A stretch of 60,280 nucleotides of DNA from a virus (taxonomy: Duplodnaviria > Caudoviricetes), in the IMG/VR virus record IMGVR_UViG_3300031718_000012, positions 1 to 60,280 of that record. One strand, 5' to 3'. The notes beneath the pieces are model-generated. The model made no database searches and was not told the origin of the DNA. It saw nothing but the letters and a program-made list of their open reading frames with translations. The position numbers and the translations under genes were made by a program. Every line of letters starts with the position of its first letter. Position 1 is the first letter of the stretch. Positions 1 to 8,464 of the stretch are shown in pieces.

Positions 1-172
1 GCAATCGTTCGGGCGTTTGCTTTCGATTTGCTCCGAGAATCAAACCGAAATGGTCTTGCACGCAGCCGAGGTTGAATCGACGTTGCAACTCTCCACCGAC
101 CAAGAAGCCGAAGCCGGCGATCTGGCCGCGCTCCAAGAGATTGCCGATCGAGAAGGCTGGGAAACAACCTAA
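1..172 (+). CDS. 3' end of a hypothetical protein, truncated by the window edge
   Basis: Open frame from nt 2 (QSFGRLLSICSEN...DREGWETT) to TAA at 170-172. Confidence 0.5.
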   Translation, partial: QSFGRLLSICSENQTEMVLHAAEVESTLQLSTDQEAEAGDLAALQEIADREGWETT

Positions 173-229
173 CGACATTCCAAGTGGCACCGCGCAGCCG
201 AGAATGCGCGGAACAAACGAGGTACGAAA

Positions 230-1300
230 ATGAAAGCAGGAGTGGACCTTCAGGCACTAGCAGCCGAAATCGAGCGACAGCGAAACACCAAGCGCGATTT
301 TAAGGCAAGCACGTCTGAACTAACCCTGATAGATGAAACCGAAGACGCAAAAGGCGCGCTCGCGCTGAAAATCAACGGCCACGGAACATTCGGCGTCACC
401 GAATTGTGCCATGACCAAATCGCAGCGCATCACGGCATCCCGGCCAAGTATTACGACAAGATGCGGCACGAAGCTCCCGAGCTGCTGGTTCGCAATGTGA
501 ATCACTGGTTCGATGCCACGAAGGACACGCGAATGCTCCGGACTCTCGACGGCCGGGCGCGTGCCTTCCTCTCCAATCGTTATCGCTCGATCGACAACGA
601 CGACGTAGCGACGGCGGTGCTTCCGATGTTTCTCGAACAGTCCGACCTTGGTTTGAAACTCGAGTCCTGCCAAGTCACCGAGACGCGGCTGTACATCAAG
701 GCAGTTTCGGAACGCATCGTCGGCAAGGTCGTCGGCGACGTGGTGCAATCCGGAATCTGCATCACCAATTCCGAAGTGGGGTTGCACGCCTTCAAAATCG
801 AGCCGCTCGTGTACGTCTTGCGTTGCACAAACGGGATGGTCCTAAATGACGCCCGTATGCGCAGGTACCACGTCGGACGTCGCACGGAAGAACTCGAAAC
901 GGCCGTCGAAGTTTTTGCGGACGACACACGCAAGGCCGACGACCAGGCGCTGATGCTGAAAATGCGTGACGTCGTGAAGGCGTGTTTCGACCAGGTTAAG
1001 TTTAACGAGATGACTCGCGGCCTCGAAATCGTCGCGGGGAACAAGCTGCAACGGAATCTGGTGGACACGGCCGACAAGGTCGTTGAAGTTTTCCAGATCG
1101 CCGACCGACATAAGGATGGAATCCTCGCGCAGCTTGCGGGGCACGCCAAGACCCGATGGGGATTGTCGAATGCTCTGACGGCCTACGCGCAGGACGATGC
1201 ACTCGATTACGACGAGGCAAGCCGCTTCGAGGAACTAGGGGGCGAAGTCATGACCCTCTCGAACACGAAGTGGGAAGAAGTCGCCGGGGTCGCGGCCTAA
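230..1300 (+). CDS. DUF932-family phage/plasmid protein
   Basis: Motifs RAFLSNRYRSIDN, ITNSEVG, LRCTNGMV; GAGG RBS. Confidence 0.8.
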   Translation: MKAGVDLQALAAEIERQRNTKRDFKASTSELTLIDETEDAKGALALKINGHGTFGVTELCHDQIAAHHGIPAKYYDKMRHEAPELLVRNVNHWFDATKDTRMLRTLDGRARAFLSNRYRSIDNDDVATAVLPMFLEQSDLGLKLESCQVTETRLYIKAVSERIVGKVVGDVVQSGICITNSEVGLHAFKIEPLVYVLRCTNGMVLNDARMRRYHVGRRTEELETAVEVFADDTRKADDQALMLKMRDVVKACFDQVKFNEMTRGLEIVAGNKLQRNLVDTADKVVEVFQIADRHKDGILAQLAGHAKTRWGLSNALTAYAQDDALDYDEASRFEELGGEVMTLSNTKWEEVAGVAA

Positions 1301-1307
1301 CACAAAT

Positions 1308-1329
1308 CGGGGCGGCGAAAGCCGCCCCG
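1308..1329 (+). terminator. GC-rich hairpin with GAAA tetraloop (no U tract; pause/processing site or weak terminator)
   Basis: CGGGGCGGC-GAAA-GCCGCCCCG just after the DUF932 stop. Confidence 0.45.
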
Positions 1330-1349
1330 CGCAGTCCGGAAGGTGAACT

Positions 1350-1493
1350 TTGAGCGACAAAATCGTTGAGCTTTGCAGGTGCGGACATGCCAAGAAGCGT
1401 CATGCTTGGCGAAATGGAATTCCGCAGGACGGGAAGTGTCGCGTGTTCCGATGTAAATGCGTTCGGTTTACGTGGACCGCGAAGGCCAAGTGA
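1350..1493 (+). CDS. 47-aa Cys/His zinc-finger microprotein (not in the ORF track)
   Basis: TTG start after GGAAGG; MSDKIVELCRCGHAKKRHAWRNGIPQDGKCRVFRCKCVRFTWTAKAK; fills the gap before ParB-like gene. Confidence 0.65.
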   Translation: MSDKIVELCRCGHAKKRHAWRNGIPQDGKCRVFRCKCVRFTWTAKAK

Positions 1494-1519
1494 CAAATCC
1501 AAAAAACACAGGAGACGTG

Positions 1520-2275
1520 ATGGACACACCGAAAGTAGACCTACAGAAGTTGAAGGCGCTCATTCTGCCGTTGTCGGGCCAACAGAACCGGGACCTGGTA
1601 GCGGACATCAAGAAGAATGGCTTGCTCAATCCGATCGTACGGTTCGAGGGCAAGGTGCTGGACGGCGCCGCACGCGAAACGATTTGCCGTGACCTGGGTA
1701 TCGAACGTCGGTACGTCGAGTTTGAATCGCTGGCGCTATCCTGCTCACCCGCTGATTACTTATGGTCGCAGAACGTCACCCGGCGTCATCTGACCGACGA
1801 CCAACGTGCGGTGCTGGCGTTCGCATGGGAGAAAGAGTTGAAGGGCGAAGCCAAGGCCCGACAGCTTGACGCTCTCAATAAGGGTAGTGAGCCGGGGAAG
1901 AAATCCGGCCTCGCCCCGGAGTCAAACCGGACGCGCAAAGAGATTGCGAAGCGCGCGCACGTCACGACTCACAAAATTCAACAAGTGGAAACGGTGAAGA
2001 AACGCGCACCGCGTCTGCTCAAAAAAGTAGCAGACGGAAATATGAAGTTGAAAGACGCGGTGAAGGCTGCAAGGCCGATCGCCGTGATGAAGCCGAAGAA
2101 GTGGACGGTGGCCGAGGCGCTCGCAGAGTCAATGACGTGGATTACCCGCGGAATTGACAACGCTCTCCCGCGCATCGACAACCCGAAGGCGTTCTTGCTC
2201 GCGCTGGGGCCAAAGATACAGGCACTCTGTGCAGATCGCGCCAAGGCGTCCGGGAAGGCCAAGAAAGCCGCCTAG
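1520..2275 (+). CDS. ParB/Srx N-terminal domain protein with HTH
   Basis: LVADIKKNGLLNPIV...VLDGAAR...SQNVTRRHLTDDQRA, then TRKEIAKRAHVT; GGAG RBS at 1511. Confidence 0.75.
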   Translation: MDTPKVDLQKLKALILPLSGQQNRDLVADIKKNGLLNPIVRFEGKVLDGAARETICRDLGIERRYVEFESLALSCSPADYLWSQNVTRRHLTDDQRAVLAFAWEKELKGEAKARQLDALNKGSEPGKKSGLAPESNRTRKEIAKRAHVTTHKIQQVETVKKRAPRLLKKVADGNMKLKDAVKAARPIAVMKPKKWTVAEALAESMTWITRGIDNALPRIDNPKAFLLALGPKIQALCADRAKASGKAKKAA

Positions 2276-2331
2276 TCAGCGGGGGCGCAGCCGGGAGCGC
2301 GGAATCCCGGCACAAATTCTTGCGAGGGATT

Positions 2332-2547
2332 ATGGACGCCGTACACGAGACACCGAACGATGACGACGTGGTGCGCCGTCGCAATCTGAATACTGGGTTT
2401 CATCGCGACATGCCTTTCGGCGAGGCGCTGGACGAAATCACCAAGAAGGCGAAAAGCCAGTACCGGAATCGGTTCAAGGTCGCAGGTCGCTTGGCCGAGG
2501 GCGAGAAAATCGAAATCGGAATCCACACCTATGAATTCCGCGACTAG
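2332..2547 (+). CDS. hypothetical protein
   Basis: GAGGG RBS, operon position. Confidence 0.5.
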   Translation: MDAVHETPNDDDVVRRRNLNTGFHRDMPFGEALDEITKKAKSQYRNRFKVAGRLAEGEKIEIGIHTYEFRD

Positions 2548-3100
2548 CCTTTTCCCAACCGAGGGCAAAAACGAATTGCGTGACCGCGCGCGAAAAATGG
2601 GCCAGCTTCAATCGCGGATCTCCGACACGCCGGGAGCTATCTCTGGACTCAAGGGCACGTCGGGCCAGGTTCTGTACTTCATCCGGAAAGCCAAAGCGCG
2701 GACGTTGGATATGAACGACCACGATGGCCTTGTGCGGACCGTGGACACCGAACAGATGTTGACTGACCGCGACCGGCGCTACATGCAGCGCGGTAAATGG
2801 TGGAAGCCGATTCCGGAAGGCTGGCCCGGTCGCGGGAGTTATTGCACCACGCTGCACCCGAAGGAAATCGCGTACCTACAGAAAGTAGTAGATGAAATCG
2901 AGACAGAGATTTTCCAACTGGAACATGACCTGCCGGAATTGAAAGTCGAGCTGGCCAAACTCGCGCAGCACGGACCAATCCCGGCAGACCTGGCCAGACG
3001 CTACGGCGTGAAGGAGAGCAACGATGGTCCATTATGCAGTCGAGTCACAATTGAAAAAAATCGAGTGCCCGTGCAAGGTCCACCCGAACGGTGTCTGTAG
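2531..3100 (+). CDS. hypothetical protein with coiled coil
   Basis: 189-aa ORF in operon orientation; heptad-like LQKVVDEIETEIFQLEHDL. Confidence 0.55.
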   Translation: MNSATSLFPTEGKNELRDRARKMGQLQSRISDTPGAISGLKGTSGQVLYFIRKAKARTLDMNDHDGLVRTVDTEQMLTDRDRRYMQRGKWWKPIPEGWPGRGSYCTTLHPKEIAYLQKVVDEIETEIFQLEHDLPELKVELAKLAQHGPIPADLARRYGVKESNDGPLCSRVTIEKNRVPVQGPPERCL

Positions 3101-3218
3101 CGCAAGGAATCGAACGGTCGAAGAACTGGCAACGGTTTACGACGGGGGTTTCGGATTTGAAATCTCCACTGACGAACAGGCTGTACTTAAATTCAGGAAC
3201 TGGAAGCAGCAAGCGTAA
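3024..3218 (+). CDS. small hypothetical protein
   Basis: AAGGAG RBS; CPCKVH...C motif. Confidence 0.5.
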   Translation: MVHYAVESQLKKIECPCKVHPNGVCSARNRTVEELATVYDGGFGFEISTDEQAVLKFRNWKQQA

Positions 3219-3254
3219 CCAGCACGCGGAAGCTGGCCAATCGAGGGATACCTA

Positions 3255-4379
3255 ATGAGTGGCACGACGGAACGGAGAATGAGTTTGTTTTACCGCGACA
3301 TCGAAGTCGGCGGCAAAAGCGACAAGGTCTACACCGTGGAAATCGTGAGCGTCGGCACCAAGGCGACGCCGGCCTACCAAGTGAAATATTTGTTCGGGCC
3401 TCGCGGCGGCTGGGTGCAATCCGGGTTCAAAACCAAGAACGCGGTGACGCTGACCGAAGCGAACGCGACGTTCGATGAAGTAGTCGCGCACCAGATTGAA
3501 AAGAAAGGCTACCGGCCTGAGGCAGAATATGCGTGCGCAGGTCCAACACTCGCCGCGGTCGAACCGAAAGATGCAAAATCGACCACCCGGTATGCGTGCG
3601 AACAGCCACAAGATGCGACGCGCGAGGAATCCGATGCGTTAATCAAGAACTCGAAATTCTGGCTCCAACAAAAGATGGACGGCGTTCGTCGGCAAATTCA
3701 CAAGACGCCGGCGGGAGCTTTCATCGGATACAACAAACTCGGGAAAGCCGTCGAGCTTCCGACGTCGATGCTGGCCGAGCTGATGGCCATTCCCGCGAAA
3801 AGTTTTTGGATGGACGGCGAGCTGGTCGGCGATAAGTATTGGGCGTTCGACCTGTTCGAGCTGAACGGGGACGTTGTCGCGCAGGAAGCGTACAGCACGC
3901 GATTCACCCGGCTGACACAATTGCTTGGCATGGGCGAGAACGTCTGCATAGTGCCGACGGCCGTCTCGATCGCGGCCAAGACCGCAGCAATGGCGGGACA
4001 CGTCCAGTTGCGGCATGAAGGCGTGGTATTCAAGCGGACCGACGTGAAGTACCGCGCAGGAGATTCCGGCCAGCACAAGCGATTCAAGTTCGTGAAATCG
4101 GTTTCGTGCTACGTCACGTCACTCAGCACCAAGAAGGCCAGCGCGACGGTGTCCATGCTCGACGGCGCCAGGTGGATTGAAGTGTCCGACGTGTCGACAA
4201 ACGGCAAGGGTACGATCGCTAAGGGCGACGTGGTCGAAGTGCTGTTCCTCTACGCGACGGCCGGACGTCGGCTTTACCAGCCCCGCATCAAGGAAGTCCG
4301 CACCGATGTCGAAGCCGCGGACTGCACCATCGACCAACTCGCCGGAAAATTCAAAGAGGGAATCGCCGAGGCCGCATGA
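3255..4379 (+). CDS. ATP-dependent DNA ligase with N-terminal WGR-like domain
   Basis: Motif I QQKMDGVR, III MDGEL, IIIa WAFDL, IV EGVVFK, V RFKF, C-terminal OB-like region; N-terminus SDKVY...LFGPRG...KKGY. Confidence 0.85.
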   Translation: MSGTTERRMSLFYRDIEVGGKSDKVYTVEIVSVGTKATPAYQVKYLFGPRGGWVQSGFKTKNAVTLTEANATFDEVVAHQIEKKGYRPEAEYACAGPTLAAVEPKDAKSTTRYACEQPQDATREESDALIKNSKFWLQQKMDGVRRQIHKTPAGAFIGYNKLGKAVELPTSMLAELMAIPAKSFWMDGELVGDKYWAFDLFELNGDVVAQEAYSTRFTRLTQLLGMGENVCIVPTAVSIAAKTAAMAGHVQLRHEGVVFKRTDVKYRAGDSGQHKRFKFVKSVSCYVTSLSTKKASATVSMLDGARWIEVSDVSTNGKGTIAKGDVVEVLFLYATAGRRLYQPRIKEVRTDVEAADCTIDQLAGKFKEGIAEAA

Positions 4380-5115
4380 GCCGAATCCGTTCCACTCCTA
4401 AACCCTGGACGGCGCGTGAAGATAAAAAACTCCGTGCGCTCTATCCCACGATGCCGAACCTCGGAATCGGGGAACATTTTGGGCGCACGGACAAATCGGT
4501 AGCTTCACGCGCCAAGGTACTTCGGCTCGACAAAGGCACCCGGAAGCGCTTCACCGAGAAAGATGACGCGATAATCCGAAAACTTTATCGACGTCACACA
4601 ACCGTCTCGATCGCGAAGATACTTAACCGGAGGGCCATGTTCCGGCGAACAAAGGATTGCGGCGACCAGGCTGGTCCGTTGGCCGGGGCCGGATGCAGTC
4701 GACGCAATTCAAGAAAGGCGAAATCACCGGGTCGGCGCTGGCTAGATTAAAACCCGTCGGTACGGTCGTGATGCGAGATGGCTACATGATGATGAAGGTC
4801 AAAGCCGAACCCGAGACAGTCGCAGGTAAGGGCGCTCACTCCACGAACTGGATGTACGTTCACAAAATGGTGTGGGAATCCGCGAACGGAATGATTCCAA
4901 AAGGCTGGCGAATGTGGAAAGACGGCGACCACCTGAACTGCTCACTAGATAATCTCGAACTGGTGAGCGGTCGGGACCATGTCATGCGTACATCTATTCA
5001 AAATTTCCCACCGGAGCTACGAAAGACGTACCAGCTAATCGGTGCGCTCAAACGGAAACTAAAAAATCGCAAGAAAAAAAGGGAGAACATTGATGGCCGA
5101 GAACAAGCTAGCTGA
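4376..5115 (+). pseudogene. HNH endonuclease with Myb-like N-terminal repeats, split by a frameshift near 4625-4633
   Basis: Frame 1 PWTAREDKKLRALYP/RFTEKDDAIIRKLY; second frame resumes GHVPANKGLRRPGW...YVHKMVWE...KDGDHLNCSLDNLELVS. Confidence 0.7.
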
Positions 5116-5395
5116 CCTTCGTAACATTCTGTTCGAGCAGTTGGAGCGGTTGAAAAACGCCGAGCAACCGGATTCGGAAATCAAAAGAGCCGAAGCGGTT
5201 TCCGAAGTCGCTACCACGATCTTAGCGACCGCGCGCGTCGAGCTGGACTTCTTGAAAATGGTGGGCCAAGAATTATTGCCGCCCACCGTCGACGCGGCCG
5301 CGACGGCGCGCTTCCTCGAAATGGAAGCCGACCCGAGAACCAACCCGAAAGCGAAAGGCCTCGGCACCGGAAAGAATCTTGGGGGCGGTCGATGA
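5090..5395 (+). CDS. small phage protein typically paired with this HNH type
   Basis: NKLADLRNILFEQLERL...EIKRAEAVSEVA; GGGAG RBS. Confidence 0.7.
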   Translation: MMAENKLADLRNILFEQLERLKNAEQPDSEIKRAEAVSEVATTILATARVELDFLKMVGQELLPPTVDAAATARFLEMEADPRTNPKAKGLGTGKNLGGGR

Positions 5396-6060
5396 CCATG
5401 ATGTTCGAGTTTCCGGCAGGGCTGTCCGACAAGTACGAACCGAAGCGGCTGAAAGACTTCATCGGCATCGACAAGCCGCTTGCCACCATGAAGGCCTTCA
5501 TCAAGCGCCCGTATCCATCGGCGTGGTTTTTTATCGGGGCATCTGGCCTCGGCAAGACTACGCTAGGTATGGCGCTCGCACGCGAGGGGAACGCCGAGCT
5601 GCACCTGGTCCCATCGCAGAAGTGTGACGCCGCGGCGGTCGACGAAGTCACGCGACGATGCTGGACCGGGGCCTTCAACTTCTTTGGCGACCGCAAGGGG
5701 AAGCCGGCTGACTTCCATCTGGTCCTGGTCGACGAGGCCGACCGGATGTCGATGGCCGCGCAGTTGCAGTTCCACTCGAAGCTGGACGCGACGGCGATGC
5801 CGCCGAACACGGTATTCATTTTCACGGCGAACAGCGCGACGAACCTCCAAGACTCGTTCCTCTCTCGGTGCCGTTGTCTGGTATTCGAGCGCGAGTCGAT
5901 GAAGAAAGCACTTCCCGCGTTCCTCGTGAAAGTGTATAAATCGGAATGTCGTTTGACCTTGCCCCTAGCTCAAGCGACGAAAATCGCAGAACAATCCAAC
6001 TGGAACGTCCGCGATGCGCTCATGGAGCTTGAAGTTTCGCTCCTGGCGCGAGCGGCATAG
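5392..6060 (+). CDS. clamp-loader-like AAA+ ATPase (DnaX/RFC clade)
   Basis: KYEPKRLKDFIG, Walker A GASGLGKTT, Walker B LVDEAD, FIFTAN sensor 1, SRC motif, NVRDAL sensor 2. Confidence 0.85.
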   Translation: MTMMFEFPAGLSDKYEPKRLKDFIGIDKPLATMKAFIKRPYPSAWFFIGASGLGKTTLGMALAREGNAELHLVPSQKCDAAAVDEVTRRCWTGAFNFFGDRKGKPADFHLVLVDEADRMSMAAQLQFHSKLDATAMPPNTVFIFTANSATNLQDSFLSRCRCLVFERESMKKALPAFLVKVYKSECRLTLPLAQATKIAEQSNWNVRDALMELEVSLLARAA

Positions 6061-6071
6061 GAGAACGGAAC

Positions 6072-6299
6072 GTGACGACCAAGCCGAAAATATTGGACCG
6101 AGACTTTTTCGTGAAGGCTGGAAGCCGGGGCGGGAAGGTCCGCGCCGAAAAAGCCTCCGCTGAACAGTTGTCGGCCTGGGGGAAGAAAGGCGGGAAAGCC
6201 GGCGCCGCGAAGCGTTGGGCTGGCCACAAAAAGAAACGACCCGCCCTCAAACCCAAGGCGAAGGCCAGATACAACGCACCGATTCCGAGCGCGGCCTGA
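6072..6299 (+). CDS. small basic KGG-repeat protein
   Basis: AGSRGGK...WGKKGGKAGAAKRW; GGAG RBS, GTG start. Confidence 0.65.
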   Translation: MTTKPKILDRDFFVKAGSRGGKVRAEKASAEQLSAWGKKGGKAGAAKRWAGHKKKRPALKPKAKARYNAPIPSAA

Positions 6300-6486
6300 G
6301 CCGTGGCTTGTAACTGCCCCTCGTCCCCGTGCGCGTGCTTCATCAAAGGCGCGCCGTGCGCGTGCGCGTGTTCCGTGGTTGAGCCCCTTGACCCGGACGC
6401 GCGCAAGGCCACGCTGATAGCCGAAGTCAAACCACAATGCGCCATGTGCGACCCGCCCGGCCTTGAGCCAACAAAGGAATTGACCC

Positions 6487-6804
6487 ATGCGAAAGCTCGA
6501 TTTGTTTTTGACGCTCCCGTTAATGACGGCGTTCTACGCACTCCCGGTGGCGCACGCGCAAAAGGAATTCGGGACGATGCGAATCGTTCAGGACGAGAAG
6601 CCGCCGTCCCACATGGCCGTCCCGAGTCCGACCCCCTGCTATTTTGAATGGCTGGGACCTAACATCATTCGCATTTGCCCGGGCGGAATAATCACTGAAA
6701 TTCCGGCGACGGTCGATCACTACGACGAATGGTGGCGTTTACATGTCCTGACCAATGAGTGGGAAATGACCCAGGCAAAGCGTCATAGCTTGGGGCGCGC
6801 ATGA
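6487..6804 (+). CDS. putative secreted small protein
   Basis: Signal-like MRKLDLFLTLPLMTAFYALPVAHA; AAGGA RBS. Confidence 0.55.
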   Translation: MRKLDLFLTLPLMTAFYALPVAHAQKEFGTMRIVQDEKPPSHMAVPSPTPCYFEWLGPNIIRICPGGIITEIPATVDHYDEWWRLHVLTNEWEMTQAKRHSLGRA

Positions 6805-7768
6805 CCGCGCGGGAAATCGCCGAAGCGGAATTGATGAAGATGCGGCCCCGCTCCCGCGAGAAAGTCATTCGCCTGGTCTATGCGCTGGTCGGTCCGACGA
6901 AGGGCGACGAAGTCGTGGCCCGAGTTGGCGAGCTGGCCAGGACGAAAGGTTTACCGTAGGATTCCCGGACTTCGTCCGGGGTGATGACTGCGGTGAAAGC
7001 GAGGTCAACATGCCCCAAGAAGGTTCACCCGACCTAGCACTCGGCCTCGTGTATCTAGTCGTGGCGTTTTTGATTCTGGCCGTTGTTGTTTGGTTCACGC
7101 ACAAGCTGTGGCATAGACGTAAGCAACCGAAAGTGAAGTGGCCTCCCCGCCGTTCGCAGCAAATCCCAACAATAAAAAAGGAGAACAGAAAATGTCATCT
7201 GACGTACAAGTAACCCATCGACCCAGGCCGCTCGACGGCCGAGTATCACCAACACCGACCGAATGGAAGATTCGTTGCCATGTTACTGGTGAAATCGTGA
7301 ATCTGACTCGCCAGGAATATCTGGTACAACTCGAATCCGACCATTGGACTTGTCCATACGACCGCGGACCGGCCACGTTTATTGGAGACATAGCTTGAGG
7401 CCGCGAGCGGCGCTCGCGATCGCCGCGCTGGTTAGCATGCTGATCGTGTTCTCACCCGTGATTTTTGCCGAATTCGCCGACACCGCCAGGCGAGAGGCAT
7501 GCCAAAACTTCCTACGGCGGCGACTCAAAAAAGGAGAGGCATGCGCAACCTAGCGAAGCGACTCGGAGCACTAGTCATGCGTTGGATTTTTGGGCCAATT
7601 GAATCTCTCGACCCGGTCGCCCTGACGTCGACGGCGCCCTGGCCTCTCACCAACTACGCGGAAGAAGAAGAACCCAAGAAGGAGCAACCGCCCTACCCGT
7701 GGTGTCCTCAACCCGAGAAGTGTATCCCGCTCGGCTACTGCCCGAAGAACCCCGGTTGTGGCGATTAG
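6801..7768 (+). other. run of tiny hypothetical genes (about 6801-6959, 7010-7213, 7192-7398, 7395-7553, 7541-7768), some with TM segments
   Basis: Abutting short ORFs, several with GGAG/GAGG RBS. Confidence 0.5.
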
Positions 7769-7797
7769 GCTGCTACCGTCAATTACCGCTAAATACC

Positions 7798-7826
7798 AAA
7801 GGCCACCCGTTTGGGTGGCCTTTTTT
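7798..7826 (+). terminator. intrinsic terminator, probably bidirectional
   Basis: AAAGGCCACCC-GTTT-GGGTGGCCTTTTTT between convergent blocks. Confidence 0.85.
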
Positions 7827-7925
7827 GCGTTTCAGGGCCGTTTGCCGCGGTTTGGCGGTTCCGAGCCTGTTGCGGGGTACCCCGGCTGCTAGAGGGCGGG
7901 ATTTGCGGCAGGAACGCCAGGACGC

Positions 7926-8456
7926 CTATCCGCTGCGTTTGCCGCCAATCGTATGGTTCTGGAAGACCAGCTTATTGCCATTGCTCGGCACTACGGCATC
8001 GACCAGGTAAGTCGCCATCGCCCGGTGCAGGTGCTTGGAAGTCGAAACGGCATCTCGCCAGTTTAGGTTGTCGGAGTAAAAGCACCGTCGACCGAAAAAG
8101 TTGTGAAGGTGCGTTTCGCTTTCGTCGACGCAGAAGACCGCGTTGACCATCATCATGGCCATGTCCGCGATCGCGCGGAGACGAATCAGGTGGTCACGCT
8201 GCTTCGCCAACATGGCTTCATCGTAATCGTGCTCGGTAATATGCTTCGCAATTTCACCGCCCAAATCGTGGATGTGCTTAATCAGATCTTCGATACGACC
8301 GTCTTTGTCTTTTAGCTTTGCGTTCTGCGCGGCGATTACGGCCTCTTGTGCTGTGAGCTGGTCGCGTAGCTCGTTGACGATCGCCTCCTGGACGGTGAGA
8401 AACTTGGCCAGGTGCCCGACAGTCTCTTGCTGCTGTTCCTTGGTGAGCTTCTCCAC
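7926..8456 (-). CDS. coiled-coil hypothetical protein
   Basis: GGAGGA RBS then GTG; long heptad region. Confidence 0.6.
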   Translation of the reverse strand: MEKLTKEQQQETVGHLAKFLTVQEAIVNELRDQLTAQEAVIAAQNAKLKDKDGRIEDLIKHIHDLGGEIAKHITEHDYDEAMLAKQRDHLIRLRAIADMAMMMVNAVFCVDESETHLHNFFGRRCFYSDNLNWRDAVSTSKHLHRAMATYLVDAVVPSNGNKLVFQNHTIGGKRSG

Positions 8457-8464
8457 GATTCCTC

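Noticed and set aside
2531-2547. Possible frameshift joining 2332-2547 and 2531-3100
   Set aside because: A short overlap with its own ATG is adequate; no homology evidence for a fusion.
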